64,000 bases of DNA, taken from contig JAUXUT010000149.1 in NCBI GenBank assembly GCA_030680695.1, positions 167,801 through 231,800 of the forward strand. The letters are read 5' to 3'. Positions 28,849-38,997 of the stretch are shown here, in pieces. The DNA comes from a bacterium. GTDB lineage: Bacteria > Patescibacteriota > Minisyncoccia > Phycocordibacterales > UBA6065. A model generated the notes under the pieces. That model was not told the DNA's origin, made no database searches, and worked only from the letters and a program-made list of their open reading frames with translations. Numbering within the stretch: the first letter of the stretch is position 1; every line of letters starts with the position of its first letter. The position numbers and the translations under genes are program-made.

Positions 28849-31500
28849 ATGTCAGCAGCGAGAAAGACCACAAAGACCGATTCAAAGAGCGATTTCAACC
28901 CAGGGGCCGATAAGCTCATTGTTAAAGGCGCGCGTACCCATAACCTTAAAAACATCACGGTCGAGATGCCGCGCAACAAGATGGTGGTATTCACAGGCCT
29001 TTCTGGTTCTGGCAAATCATCTCTTGCATTCGACACGATATTCGCCGAAGGCCAGCGCCGCTACGTGGAATCACTTTCGTCATACGCCCGCCAGTTCTTG
29101 CGCCAGATGCAAAAGCCAGACGTGGACGAGATTTCAGGTCTCTCGCCGGCGATTTCTATCGATCAAAAATCTCATTCGAATAATCCGCGATCAACTGTCG
29201 CAACTCAAACTGAAATATACGATTATCTGCGCGTGCTTTTTGCTCGCATTGGACGTCCGCATTGTCTCGTCTGCAATCGTGAGATAAAACGCCTAAGTAA
29301 CGAGGAAATCCTTGAAACCATTATCCATTCGGTGACGCACATCAAGACCGAGGAAAAGGGCACGAAAGTTATGGGTGTTGCTATCGACAAAGCCAAGGTA
29401 CGAATTTTTGCACCAGTTGTTGTCGGTAGGAAAGGCGAGTACTATCAAATGCTCTATGACTATCTCGGCAAGGGTTTCGAGAACGCAAAGGTAGATGGCA
29501 AGATGTATAAATTACGCGAGCGTATCGAACTCGAAAAGAATAAAAAACACGATATCGATATCCTTATTGATGAGTTCTATGTTAGCGAATTCAAGAACGA
29601 TCCAAAGGGCGTTCGTGAAAGGCTTTCGGAGGCAGTAGAACGCGCCATCCATGAAACTGGGGGTATGATCAAGATCGAAAGCCCCGGCAAAGACGAGAAC
29701 GGCGCACCGGCACCGCAGGAGAAACTCATGTCCGTTCGATTCATGTGCCCATACGACGGTTACGCTTTTCCAGAAGTCGAGCCGCGGCTTTTCTCGTTCA
29801 ACTCGCCATACGGAGCCTGCCCGACCTGTAACGGACTTGGAACGAAATACATTTTCGGTGATGAACCATGTGATTCTTGCAAGGGCGCACGATTACGTGA
29901 GGAAGCGATGCACGTATTAATCGGAGGCAAGAATATTGTTCAAGTGACAAGTCTTTCCATCAAATACGCTTGGGAGTACTTTAACGAACTCAACCTCACC
30001 GAAAAAGAAAAAGCCATCGCTAAGGCAGTCTTGCGCGAGATCGAATCTCGTTTGCGATTTATGCTCGATGTAGGTATCGAATATCTAACCCTCGACCGCA
30101 GGGCACACACATTGTCAGGGGGCGAAGCTCAACGTATCAGACTGGCATCCCAGCTTGGCTCGGGCCTTGTGGGCGCGTTGTATGTTTTGGACGAGCCGAC
30201 CATCGGTCTTCATCAGCGCGATAACGACCGCCTTATCAAGACCTTGGTGAATCTCAGAGATTTAGGAAACACCATATTGATAGTCGAGCATGATGAGGAC
30301 ACCATATTCGCCTCGGACTATATTGTGGATATCGGGCCTGGCGCCGGAACTCATGGCGGAAATGTTGTCGTGGCTGGATATCTCGAACCGCTGCTTACCG
30401 CAAAAACTAATCCGTCGAACTCGCTCACCCTTTCATATCTACGTGGTGAGACGAGTATCGAGTTGCCTGATTCACGTCGATCAATTGACCGCGGCAAGCT
30501 GGCCATCCGCGGAGGACATTCTTTCAACATCAAGGGGCTTGATGCCGATATTCCTCTGGGCAAACTCGTGTGCATTACAGGCGTATCAGGTTCAGGTAAG
30601 TCTTCGTTCATGTACGAGATCCTTCACAAGAACCTCCAGGCTCGTTTGGAAAAAAGGCATCGCACTAATGAGACTTTCAACACCAAAACCTTTACTGGAA
30701 CCGAATACGTTTCGCGTACTATTTTGATTGACCAGTCGCCGATTGGTCGTACCCCGCGCTCTAATCCCGCAACTTATACTGGCGCATGGACGTATATTCG
30801 TGACCTTTTTGCCGAGACCGTCGAATCGCGAGCCCGTGGTTGGAAAGCTAATCGATTCTCATTCAACGTCAAAGGCGGCCGTTGCGAGGCGTGCCAAGGA
30901 AACGGCGAAATAGCCGTCGAAATGCATTTCTTACCGACCGTATATGTGCCGTGCGAGGTGTGTCAGGGCAAACGCTTCACCAAGGACACTTTGGAGGTCG
31001 AGTACAAGGGCAAGAACGTTTTTGATGTTCTCAACATGACGGTGGAAGAAAGCATCAAGTTCTTCGAAGATATTCCTGCCATATATGATCGCCTGAAATC
31101 ACTTGCCGACGTCGGTCTTGGATATCTCGAGCTCGGACAGTCGGCAACGACGCTTTCCGGAGGCGAGGCTCAGCGCGTGAAAATATCGTCCGAGTTGTAC
31201 CGCCCAGACACCCATAAAACAGTTTTCCTTTTGGACGAGCCAACAGTAGGTCTGCATTACGAGGATGTTCGTAAGCTAATCGAGATATTGCAAAAGCTTG
31301 TTGATCACGGCAACACCGTCGTTGTCATCGAGCACAATCTCGACCTCATCAAATGTGCCGATTATGTTCTCGACATGGGACCAGAAGGCGGGGAAGGCGG
31401 AGGGCATATCGTCGCCAAGGGTACACCAGAAGATGTTGCCATGAATGCAAAGAGCCACACCGGGACGTACCTCAAGAAGATATTAAAGAGGGGTCGATAG
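28849..31500 (+). CDS. uvrA: Excinuclease ABC subunit A.
   Basis: [57 protein letters not shown], two ABC modules, and Zn-finger cysteines. Confidence 0.95.
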   Translation: MSAARKTTKTDSKSDFNPGADKLIVKGARTHNLKNITVEMPRNKMVVFTGLSGSGKSSLAFDTIFAEGQRRYVESLSSYARQFLRQMQKPDVDEISGLSPAISIDQKSHSNNPRSTVATQTEIYDYLRVLFARIGRPHCLVCNREIKRLSNEEILETIIHSVTHIKTEEKGTKVMGVAIDKAKVRIFAPVVVGRKGEYYQMLYDYLGKGFENAKVDGKMYKLRERIELEKNKKHDIDILIDEFYVSEFKNDPKGVRERLSEAVERAIHETGGMIKIESPGKDENGAPAPQEKLMSVRFMCPYDGYAFPEVEPRLFSFNSPYGACPTCNGLGTKYIFGDEPCDSCKGARLREEAMHVLIGGKNIVQVTSLSIKYAWEYFNELNLTEKEKAIAKAVLREIESRLRFMLDVGIEYLTLDRRAHTLSGGEAQRIRLASQLGSGLVGALYVLDEPTIGLHQRDNDRLIKTLVNLRDLGNTILIVEHDEDTIFASDYIVDIGPGAGTHGGNVVVAGYLEPLLTAKTNPSNSLTLSYLRGETSIELPDSRRSIDRGKLAIRGGHSFNIKGLDADIPLGKLVCITGVSGSGKSSFMYEILHKNLQARLEKRHRTNETFNTKTFTGTEYVSRTILIDQSPIGRTPRSNPATYTGAWTYIRDLFAETVESRARGWKANRFSFNVKGGRCEACQGNGEIAVEMHFLPTVYVPCEVCQGKRFTKDTLEVEYKGKNVFDVLNMTVEESIKFFEDIPAIYDRLKSLADVGLGYLELGQSATTLSGGEAQRVKISSELYRPDTHKTVFLLDEPTVGLHYEDVRKLIEILQKLVDHGNTVVVIEHNLDLIKCADYVLDMGPEGGEGGGHIVAKGTPEDVAMNAKSHTGTYLKKILKRGR

Positions 31501-31518
31501 GGTACAAAAAGATATAAA

Positions 31519-31550
31519 AAAAGCCACACACGTGTGCGGCTTTGTTTTTC
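31519..31550. terminator. Bidirectional intrinsic terminator.
   Basis: AAAAAAAGCCACACACGTGTGCGGCTTTGTTTTT: a palindromic stem with an A-tract on one side and a T-tract on the other. Confidence 0.6.
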
Positions 31551-31566
31551 AGGTGCGTCGGTTTGG

Positions 31567-31914
31567 TTAGACAGCGCGCCGGAGGGCCACGAGACTCTTG
31601 CGTCTGATTTCCGTCGGCCCAGTCATGCTGCGCTGCAGACGGTCATGTTTGGCCCGATGATGAGCCAATTTTGCCTTGCGTGCGGCGAGCTTTTGGGCGA
31701 GCATCGAGCGATCGTAGTCGAGACGGGTCGTCTCGCCGCTGTTTTTGTTCTTGGCAAACGCTTTCTCGAACCTGGCCGTGAGCCGGCTGAGCTTCGTCTC
31801 CAAGACGAAAATTTGTTCCGTGAGCGGATTGATGAACTGGGACACAATCCTGTCCATCTTGCGGCGGGTCGAGGCGAACGGGTGAGAACGGAAGAGCTTT
31901 CCAGAGTAGGTCAT
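31567..31914 (-). CDS. Hypothetical basic protein (115 aa) lying between uvrA and uvrC on the opposite strand.
   Basis: The minus-strand ORF ends at the bidirectional terminator and is K/R-rich and helical. The overlapping plus-strand ORF runs into the uvrC start. Confidence 0.35.
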   Translation of the reverse strand: MTYSGKLFRSHPFASTRRKMDRIVSQFINPLTEQIFVLETKLSRLTARFEKAFAKNKNSGETTRLDYDRSMLAQKLAARKAKLAHHRAKHDRLQRSMTGPTEIRRKSLVALRRAV

Positions 31915-32015
31915 ACTTTAGCTAGGGGTTGATGTTGATGAACCTGATTCGGATAAGAGATTGGCACATTTTCTGGAAAATAGCAAGTCCGGGCGTTTTC
32001 AGATATAGTATGGGT

Positions 32016-33314
32016 ATGACCTTGGAAGATATCAAAAAACTCGATATTCCAGACGCTCCAGGCGTTTATTTTTGGCGTTTAAAGGGCGGAAAAGGCAGGC
32101 CTGGGCAGATTCTGTACATCGGCAAGGCGACCAGCCTCAAGGACCGTGTGCGGAGTTATTTTGCACCAGACCTTATCGAGACGCGCGGACCGCGCATGGT
32201 GGATATGGTGTTCAAAGCGCATTCCGTGGACTGGCAAGAAACCGATTCCGTGCTCGAAGCGATGATTGCCGAGGCGAATCTCATAAAAAAGCACTGGCCG
32301 GATTACAATGTGCGCGACAAAGACGACAAGAGTTTCAACTATGTGGTAATCACCAAAGAAGATTTTCCACGCATACTCGTTCTGCGCGGGCGATCCATGT
32401 TTGCCGAATTGGAGGAAAGCGTCCTTGAGCCCAAAAAGACTTTTGGTCCGTTCCCGAATGGCGCCGCACTGCGCGAGGCGCTAAAAATAATTCGCAAGAT
32501 GTTTCCGTACATTGACCGACATTCATACGGCAAAGATAAATATAATTTCTATCGCCAGCTTGGACTCACGCCTGATACTTCGTCTGAAGAAGCACGAATC
32601 GAGTATGCAAAGACGGTTCGTCACATTTGCTTGTTTTTCGAAGGCAAGAAAGGTGAGCTCGTGAAAGAATTGGAGCGTGAAATGAAAGCATACGCAAAGG
32701 CCCAGGAATTCGAGAAGGCTCAAGGCGCACGAAACAAGCTGTATGCCCTCGACCATATCCAAGATATCGCCTTGGTTAAGGAAGACATCGAAGCTCTATC
32801 CAGACCATCAAGCCGAACCGGTGGGACGGACGAGCCGATGATTGTATATGAAGGCGGGTATCGTATAGAGGCATATGACACCGCACATATGTCTGGCAAA
32901 GAATCTGCAGGCGTGATGACGGTTGTCATTGATGGTGAGGTGGCGAAATCGGAGTATCGCAAGTTCAAACTCTCGCCTGATATCGGTAACAATGACGTGG
33001 CATCGTTGCGAGAAATTATCGAAAGGCGCCTCAATCATACGGAATGGCCTTTGCCTCACCTTATGGTGATTGATGGTGGGGAAGCACAAAGGAATCTCGC
33101 CCAGGAAGTTTTAAACGAGCGGGACCAGGATATTGCCTTGGTGGCGGTGGTAAAAGACGCACGTCATAAACCGAAGGGACTCATCGGTGCAGCCAACATC
33201 GTCGAAACACACAAAAAGGCAATACTTCTCGCTAATGCCGAGGCGCACCGATTCGCCTTGGCATACCACAGAAAATTGCGTCGCATGCGCGACGATCTAC
33301 GCGGCAAACTCTAG
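32016..33314 (+). CDS. uvrC: Excinuclease ABC subunit C, short form lacking the C-terminal (HhH)2 domain.
   Basis: GIY-YIG motifs PGVYFW...ILYIGKATSLKDRVRSYF, a UVR helix EFEKAQGARNKLYAL, and the RNase H-like endonuclease domain RIEAYDTAHMSG. The ORF stops about 170 aa short of canonical UvrC. Confidence 0.85.
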   Translation: MTLEDIKKLDIPDAPGVYFWRLKGGKGRPGQILYIGKATSLKDRVRSYFAPDLIETRGPRMVDMVFKAHSVDWQETDSVLEAMIAEANLIKKHWPDYNVRDKDDKSFNYVVITKEDFPRILVLRGRSMFAELEESVLEPKKTFGPFPNGAALREALKIIRKMFPYIDRHSYGKDKYNFYRQLGLTPDTSSEEARIEYAKTVRHICLFFEGKKGELVKELEREMKAYAKAQEFEKAQGARNKLYALDHIQDIALVKEDIEALSRPSSRTGGTDEPMIVYEGGYRIEAYDTAHMSGKESAGVMTVVIDGEVAKSEYRKFKLSPDIGNNDVASLREIIERRLNHTEWPLPHLMVIDGGEAQRNLAQEVLNERDQDIALVAVVKDARHKPKGLIGAANIVETHKKAILLANAEAHRFALAYHRKLRRMRDDLRGKL

Positions 33315-33334
33315 TCGCGTGATATAATCTCGGC

Positions 33335-34321
33335 ATGTCATTCTCGAAGAAGATTCGCGTCGCCGTGCTCCGCGGAGGACCGTCATCCGAATACGAGGTT
33401 TCGCTCAAGACGGGCGAGGAGGTTTTACGTCATCTTCCATCTGATCGATATCAGGGTGTGGATGTTTTTATAGACAAAAGTGGTGTTTGGCACGTTCACG
33501 GCATTGAAAGGAAGCCGGCGGATGCCCTGAATCATGTTGATGTAGCTTTTGTAGCCCTGCATGGCCAATTCGGTGAGGATGGCAAGATACAACGCATTCT
33601 TGAGCACCTTGGTATTCCGTACACCGGTTCACAGGCGTTTCCGTCGGCGATTGCTATGAACAAGCACCTGACCAAGGGTGCGCTTACTCGCCTCAAAGAC
33701 AAGGTCAAGCTCGCTTTTCATAAAATCTACAATAAAGAAGAGGTCGAAAATAAAGGCGCGCACGTCATATTTCGCGAGGTCATGATGCCAGCCATCGTCA
33801 AGCCGAATGCGTCTGGATCGTCTCATGGCGTATCGCTTGTCCGCACATATCCGGAACTTGAAGCCGCACTTTCAAAGGCACTCGAACATTCCGATTCCGT
33901 CATGGTCGAGGAATTGATTGAAGGCAGGGAAGCTACTTGTGGTGTCGTTGAAGGATTCCGTGGGCAGTCCCATTACACATTGCTCCCGGTCGAAATTATT
34001 CCGCATGAATCTGCAGATTTTTTTGATTATAGTGCGAAATACGGTGGCGGCACGCAGGAAATCTGTCCAGGCAATTTCACCGACGAGACCAAGCGAAAAA
34101 TACAAGAAGCAGCCGAAGCTGTGCACAAGGAGCTCGGCCTGCGCCATTATTCTCGATCAGATTTCATGGTTCATCCACGACGCGGGGTGTATTTCCTTGA
34201 AGTTAACACATTACCTGGCCTTACCTCAGAATCTCTGTTGCCAAAATCAGTGCGCGCAGTAGGCTCGACGTTTCCAGAATTCCTAGACCATGTTATTCAG
34301 CTTTCACTTAAACAGCGATGA
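33335..34321 (+). CDS. ddl: D-alanine--D-alanine ligase.
   Basis: IRVAVLRGGPSSEYEVSL, an ATP-grasp fold, and a C-terminal EVNTLPGLTSESLLP. Confidence 0.9.
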   Translation: MSFSKKIRVAVLRGGPSSEYEVSLKTGEEVLRHLPSDRYQGVDVFIDKSGVWHVHGIERKPADALNHVDVAFVALHGQFGEDGKIQRILEHLGIPYTGSQAFPSAIAMNKHLTKGALTRLKDKVKLAFHKIYNKEEVENKGAHVIFREVMMPAIVKPNASGSSHGVSLVRTYPELEAALSKALEHSDSVMVEELIEGREATCGVVEGFRGQSHYTLLPVEIIPHESADFFDYSAKYGGGTQEICPGNFTDETKRKIQEAAEAVHKELGLRHYSRSDFMVHPRRGVYFLEVNTLPGLTSESLLPKSVRAVGSTFPEFLDHVIQLSLKQR

Positions 34322-35061
34322 AAATTATCTTTCTTGATACTGAAACGACAGGTCTCCAGAACGGCCGCATGATACAACTCGCCTACAAAGAGCGCGGCTC
34401 TTCTGATATGTTCGTTGAATACTACAAGCCGCCAGTGCCAATTGAATTTGAGGCAATGGGCACGCATCATATCACCGAAAAAATGGTGGCTGATAAAAAA
34501 CCGTTTTCAGAGTCCGCCGTATATAAGAAATTGCCGGGCATATTGGCCGAATCAATCCTCGTGGCCCATAATGCGCCTTTTGACATAGGCATATTGAAAA
34601 CCGAAGGTGTCGAGACAAAGGCATTCATCGATACATGCAAAGTAGCCATGGCTTTGTATGATTTCCCAAATTACAAAATGCAGTCATTGCGATATCGTTG
34701 GGGCATAGAAATTCCTGCTACGATCGCCCATGATGCAGCTGGCGACGTGGAAGTGCTTGAAAAGGTTTTCGAGCACATGCTCAAGGACTATATGACAAAA
34801 GAAGGTGTGAACGAGGATGAGGCGATTCAGGCATTTGTTCGCATCAGTGCCGAGCCGCTCCTTCTCAAGAAAATTTCTTTCGGTAAACATTTCGGCAAGA
34901 CGTTTGACGAGTTACGTGAGACCGAGTTCAGCTATCTCGAATGGCTAGCAGGCAAACTTGCGTCTGATGGTGACAAGGATGTGGACCTGGTCCACACTGT
35001 CTCGTTCCATATCAAGAAGGGTAAGGGGGTTCGTGAAAAGCCGACCGAGGCGCCGTTCTAG
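34318..35061 (+). CDS. DEDDh 3'-5' exonuclease (DnaQ-like) fused to a C-terminal DUF3820-like domain.
   Basis: Exo motifs I FLDTETTG, II VAHNAPFD and III HDAAGD. The C-terminus carries FGKHFGKTFDELRETEFSYLEWLAGK, resembling DUF3820. Confidence 0.75.
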   Translation: MKIIFLDTETTGLQNGRMIQLAYKERGSSDMFVEYYKPPVPIEFEAMGTHHITEKMVADKKPFSESAVYKKLPGILAESILVAHNAPFDIGILKTEGVETKAFIDTCKVAMALYDFPNYKMQSLRYRWGIEIPATIAHDAAGDVEVLEKVFEHMLKDYMTKEGVNEDEAIQAFVRISAEPLLLKKISFGKHFGKTFDELRETEFSYLEWLAGKLASDGDKDVDLVHTVSFHIKKGKGVREKPTEAPF

Positions 35062-35152
35062 GCGAGTACTGGCAACGCATCTGGGGCGCCCGTGTTGAGT
35101 TTTCGGCAATTCTGGTTTATAGTATCTCGGCCCACAAGTTGATTAATTTGAC

Positions 35153-35225
35153 GGGCCTGTAGCTCAGTTGGTAGAGCAGCGCTTTTGCAAAGCGAAGGTC
35201 GCAGGTTCAAATCCTGTCAGGTCCA
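35153..35225 (+). tRNA. tRNA-Ala (anticodon TGC).
   Basis: A cloverleaf folds by hand: acceptor GGGCCTG/CAGGTCC with G3:U70, D-arm GCTC/GAGC, anticodon loop tTTGCaa, T-arm GCAGG-TTCAAAT-CCTGT, and discriminator A. The 3' CCA is not encoded. Confidence 0.85.
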
Positions 35226-35268
35226 CAGAATTCAAGGTATACTTCTTTCATCGAATTCTATAAGAACG

Positions 35269-38200
35269 ATGATACTGAGACGCGTGATTTTGTCGGTGAC
35301 TGGCATCATGGTCGTTTTTTCCTCGATGCCTTTATCTGTCCGTTCGGAAACGATTGGTATTGATCCGTGCCCAGCGAGTACAGACCTTGCGACTGTTATG
35401 ATCCAGTCCATCGACGAGAGGTTGGTTGGCAAGAATGCCGCGACAGATATTCAACTTTATACCTCTTACGAAACAGGTAGCACATCTCCAACGTTTACAA
35501 GAAACACCAGTGTGTGGACAGAAGACATAGACTGGACCGGTCTTTCTCCATGGAACTCGACCGCATACGGCCAGCGAGCTGGAACTCTCATATCTCCGCG
35601 TCATATTATCTTTGCGACACACTATCCGATTGGGGTGGGTGCAGAAGTCATTTTCGTCACTGCTAATAATACTGTTGTGTCTAGAACAATGACCGCATCT
35701 CAATCTATTGGCAGTACTGATATTAGGGTCGGTATTCTTGATTCTGATGTTCCTGAGACAATCGCATACTATCCGATCATGACCTACGACCAGATGAAGG
35801 CGTATTTGTCCCCGGTATACATACCTATCGTGGGTTTCGATCAAGAAGAACATGCCATTGTTCGTCATGCGGCAGCGGGCGGTTTTGCGATAAGTGACGG
35901 CATTGGACATTCCCAGGCGACGACAAGTGTTCGACAGCCTTTCACAGAGACATTCATTGACGGAGACTCAGGAAATCCAATTTTCGCGATTATAGGGGAC
36001 CAGCCTGTACTCCTTTCGGCTCACTACTCGGCAGCTGCGGGACCAAGTTATTCTTATTATCGATCAGAGATAGCGTCCGCCATGAGTTCGCTTGGTGGAG
36101 GATACGCACCAGCGGACATCGACTTGTCTTGTTTCGATTCTTATCCTTATATTGCTAATTCATTTGCACGCATTCCTGAAACGGCGCCTGTTGGACATGT
36201 CGTAGATGATTTTGACGCCCTATCATTTGATGAAGAACAAAACATTGCATATTCGATAACCGGTGGAGATTCGAACGGCGTTTTCACAATCAACTCATCA
36301 ACCGGTGTGGTCACAGTCGCAGATCCGGCCAAGCTTGCCGCACGGACCCAGTCATATTTCAATCTTGAGATTTCAACTGTCGACGACGGACCATTTCAAA
36401 GAACAGGTTCCGCATATTTGGTCGTATATGTAGACGAAGAATTTTCTAATACGTCTTTCACCTTAGGAAACACATATCGCGCATCTCTTTCTGATTCAGA
36501 AGGGCAGTCGACTGCGGCTGTAGGAACGTCTCGAATTTCGCAAAGTGGAAGATATGTTGCTTTCACATCTTCTGATTCGGGATTAGTTTCAGGTCTTACT
36601 GGAACGACTACTCATGTGTTCCTCAGAGATTTGTTGAGTGGAACAACCAAGCTTGTGACTGAGTCGGCAGGGGGTGTCCCGCAGAACGCCAATGCGACCA
36701 CTATCGGTGGACCTTCTGATGATGGACGATATGTCGCGTTCCGCTCTACGGCCACTAACCTTATAGAAAATGACCAAAACGGATCTGGTGCAGATATATT
36801 CGTCAAAGATATGCAGACTGGCGAAGTCATACTTGCGAGCGTTTCTGCCGACAGGCTTACACAATCAGCGGCGGTGCCATTGCAGCTCATTGCTCTTTCT
36901 GGCAACGGCAGGTATGTGGTGTTTAGGTCAACGACAGCTCTTGTACCGGAAGATACGAATAATGTCGCAAATCTTTATAGAAAAGATATATTGACCGGCG
37001 CGATCGCTGCAGTTGATGTGACTGCGTCAGGTGGATTTGTTTCTACGGCTATTGGTTCCGTGACACAGCCGGCAATATCTTCGGACGGAAACCTAGTGTT
37101 GTTTCCACATTTTTCTTCAGAGCTTGTAACTGATGACACGCAGCCTTCGGACACAAACTATTTTCTGAAAAACATGATGACGGGGGAGATTCAAATAGTC
37201 GACAGGGACGAGAATGGCGCTGTGGGAACGTATATTGACGCACAGAGCGCACTGTCGGCTGACGGTCGCTATGTCGCATGGAATACATTAGCGTCTCTCG
37301 TTTCGACCGATACGGATGTTGCAAGGGATATATATCTGCGCGATGTGCAAGCCGGCACCACAAAAAGGGTCAGTGCAACACCAAAAGGCTTTTCTCTCGT
37401 AGAAAATCCGAATTCCATTACGAGCGTCACAATGAATCTTGGTGGCATCGCTGTATTGCCAAGCGGCCGGGTCCTCGTTACTTTCGTCACTAACGCAAAA
37501 AATGCTATTCCGTCGGCAGATGAATACGACGGGAATTTCCAGATATTCGTCAAAGATATGACGACGGGAATGCTTGCTCACGTGTCCAAAAATCTCAGTG
37601 GAGGCACAGATGGATCGGCAAATGGTTCCTCCATATCTTCCTCTGGCGACAGGATTCTTTTCCGATCCAGCTCAGATAATCTTGTGGCTGGAGATACGAA
37701 CGGAGTCGTTGACGCATTCTATGTGGACTTGGATGTATCAGAGCCATCCGTCGAGGCTTTTTATACAAATTCATCATCCGGAACATACTCCACAAGTCAG
37801 ACCATAAACATATCAGCCCAGTTTTCCGAGGTCCTTGTGGCAACATCTTCGATAACTGTCGGACTGAGTTCCGGCGCAACGGTCACATTGTCAGATGTCT
37901 CGGGCTCGATCATTTCCGGCTCTTATGTGGTTGAGAGCGGCCAGACTGCTTCACCTCTCGGTGTTTCATCAATTGAATCAAGTAATGTGCGTGTGGTGTC
38001 CAACGGACATGTATTCAGCAATACCAGTTTGCCTGTCACTAATTTATGGTCCACCAAGAACATTAAAGTAGCTGCAGCTGCTGCAAGTTCTCGTCCAATG
38101 GGCGGTGGTGGAGGAGGTGGAGGAGGCCGCTTGGTGCCTGTGGTCACGAGTACTGTTTTGACTCCATCTGGTATTTCACTTAGCCCTGCGGATATCGCAA

Positions 38201-38595
38201 GACTTAAAGCAATGCCATTTGATCAGTTGATTTTGTTTATTATGCAGTTCTTGGCAGGCCAGCCTCCTGCTGCGGTTTCCTCACCAACATCTACGGTGGT
38301 ACCACGGGCAATAACCGTCTCGGTCCCAGTTCAAAATCTTATGGCGGCCAACGCAACGAGTCTGCAGGTTGATTTCGGTGTCGGGTCACGCGGCGAAGGA
38401 GTTCGAGAGCTTCAGAGATTCCTCAATATGAACGGCTACACGATTGTTGTTTCCGGGATAGGCTCGCCAGGTAATGAGAGTGATTATTTTGGCGCTATGA
38501 CACAGGCGGCTCTGACCAAGTATCAACGCGAACACGGGGTGTCCGCAACAGGTTATTTTGGACCTATCACACGTAAGACGATTTTCGCGCAGTAA
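35269..38595 (+). CDS. Large secreted multi-domain surface protein of about 1108 aa. Parts in order: signal peptide, trypsin-like (H/D/S) domain, cadherin-like domain, about seven PD40-type beta-propeller repeats, Gly-rich linker, and a C-terminal peptidoglycan-binding domain.
   Basis: The ATG the ORF track uses at 35185 lies inside the tRNA, so the start is moved to the signal-peptide Met (MILRRVILSVTGIMVVFSSMPLS). The trypsin-like domain reads IIFATHY ... TDIRVGILD ... GDSGNPIF in chymotrypsin-fold order. The cadherin-like block is YSITGGDSNGVFTINSSTGVVTV. The propeller repeats take the form S-x-DGRYVAF-x-S-x-A-x-NL...D-x-N...DIFV-x-D. The linker is GGGGGGGGR. The C-terminus GEGVRELQRFLNMNGY...FGAMTQAALTKYQREHGVSATGYFGPITRKTI matches PG_binding_1. 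Confidence 0.75.
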   Translation: MILRRVILSVTGIMVVFSSMPLSVRSETIGIDPCPASTDLATVMIQSIDERLVGKNAATDIQLYTSYETGSTSPTFTRNTSVWTEDIDWTGLSPWNSTAYGQRAGTLISPRHIIFATHYPIGVGAEVIFVTANNTVVSRTMTASQSIGSTDIRVGILDSDVPETIAYYPIMTYDQMKAYLSPVYIPIVGFDQEEHAIVRHAAAGGFAISDGIGHSQATTSVRQPFTETFIDGDSGNPIFAIIGDQPVLLSAHYSAAAGPSYSYYRSEIASAMSSLGGGYAPADIDLSCFDSYPYIANSFARIPETAPVGHVVDDFDALSFDEEQNIAYSITGGDSNGVFTINSSTGVVTVADPAKLAARTQSYFNLEISTVDDGPFQRTGSAYLVVYVDEEFSNTSFTLGNTYRASLSDSEGQSTAAVGTSRISQSGRYVAFTSSDSGLVSGLTGTTTHVFLRDLLSGTTKLVTESAGGVPQNANATTIGGPSDDGRYVAFRSTATNLIENDQNGSGADIFVKDMQTGEVILASVSADRLTQSAAVPLQLIALSGNGRYVVFRSTTALVPEDTNNVANLYRKDILTGAIAAVDVTASGGFVSTAIGSVTQPAISSDGNLVLFPHFSSELVTDDTQPSDTNYFLKNMMTGEIQIVDRDENGAVGTYIDAQSALSADGRYVAWNTLASLVSTDTDVARDIYLRDVQAGTTKRVSATPKGFSLVENPNSITSVTMNLGGIAVLPSGRVLVTFVTNAKNAIPSADEYDGNFQIFVKDMTTGMLAHVSKNLSGGTDGSANGSSISSSGDRILFRSSSDNLVAGDTNGVVDAFYVDLDVSEPSVEAFYTNSSSGTYSTSQTINISAQFSEVLVATSSITVGLSSGATVTLSDVSGSIISGSYVVESGQTASPLGVSSIESSNVRVVSNGHVFSNTSLPVTNLWSTKNIKVAAAAASSRPMGGGGGGGGGRLVPVVTSTVLTPSGISLSPADIARLKAMPFDQLILFIMQFLAGQPPAAVSSPTSTVVPRAITVSVPVQNLMAANATSLQVDFGVGSRGEGVRELQRFLNMNGYTIVVSGIGSPGNESDYFGAMTQAALTKYQREHGVSATGYFGPITRKTIFAQ

Positions 38596-38661
38596 GCCTT
38601 CTTAACTTTTCTGTGCGTCTGATATAATCTGGGACAAATACCTCAAATCCCCGCACCTCTC

Positions 38662-38994
38662 ATGAAAACAATCTCTTGGGTTCTGCTGTTGCTTTTTGCA
38701 ACAGCTGGATACTCCGCGGAGAGCTTTCGCCCTCCGCTGTTCACTTACGATCCGACCGCCTCGCTCGAGGATGACGAGGAACAAAAGGGAATAAAGTTCC
38801 CTGTGCGCCTCATCGATTTCGAACGAGCGGTCATCCACAAAAAAAGGAAGAACTGGGTGGATTCATTTCCTGTCGTAATCTGGGGCAATGGCCTCAAAAA
38901 AGGCCTGTACATTATCAAGCTCGGACGTGCGAACTTGTCATTCGCTTCGACCGAGAAACATAGTCAGGCCGTTAGGTACAATCTGCGGTTCTGA
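38662..38994 (+). CDS. Small secreted hypothetical protein (110 aa).
   Basis: Signal peptide MKTISWVLLLLFATAGYSA. Followed by a strong terminator. Confidence 0.5.
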   Translation: MKTISWVLLLLFATAGYSAESFRPPLFTYDPTASLEDDEEQKGIKFPVRLIDFERAVIHKKRKNWVDSFPVVIWGNGLKKGLYIIKLGRANLSFASTEKHSQAVRYNLRF

Positions 38995-38997
38995 TGC

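Noticed and set aside
28821-29036. 71-aa minus-strand ORF overlapping the uvrA start
   Set aside because: It is antisense to the conserved UvrA N-terminus. No signals.
31534-31932. 132-aa plus-strand ORF between uvrA and uvrC
   Set aside because: It starts inside the uvrA terminator and overlaps the uvrC start. The antisense ORF fits the terminator geometry better, though neither is certain.
35185-35268. ATG at 35185 used by the ORF track as the start of the 1136-aa protein
   Set aside because: It lies inside the tRNA-Ala(TGC) gene (35153-35225). A downstream Met at 35269 begins a canonical signal peptide, so 35269 is taken as the start.
38098-38130. GGN-repeat DNA (ggcggtggtggaggaggtggaggaggc) as a possible microsatellite or CRISPR-like repeat
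   Set aside because: It is a single in-frame poly-Gly linker inside a CDS. No spacer-repeat periodicity was seen here or elsewhere in the window.
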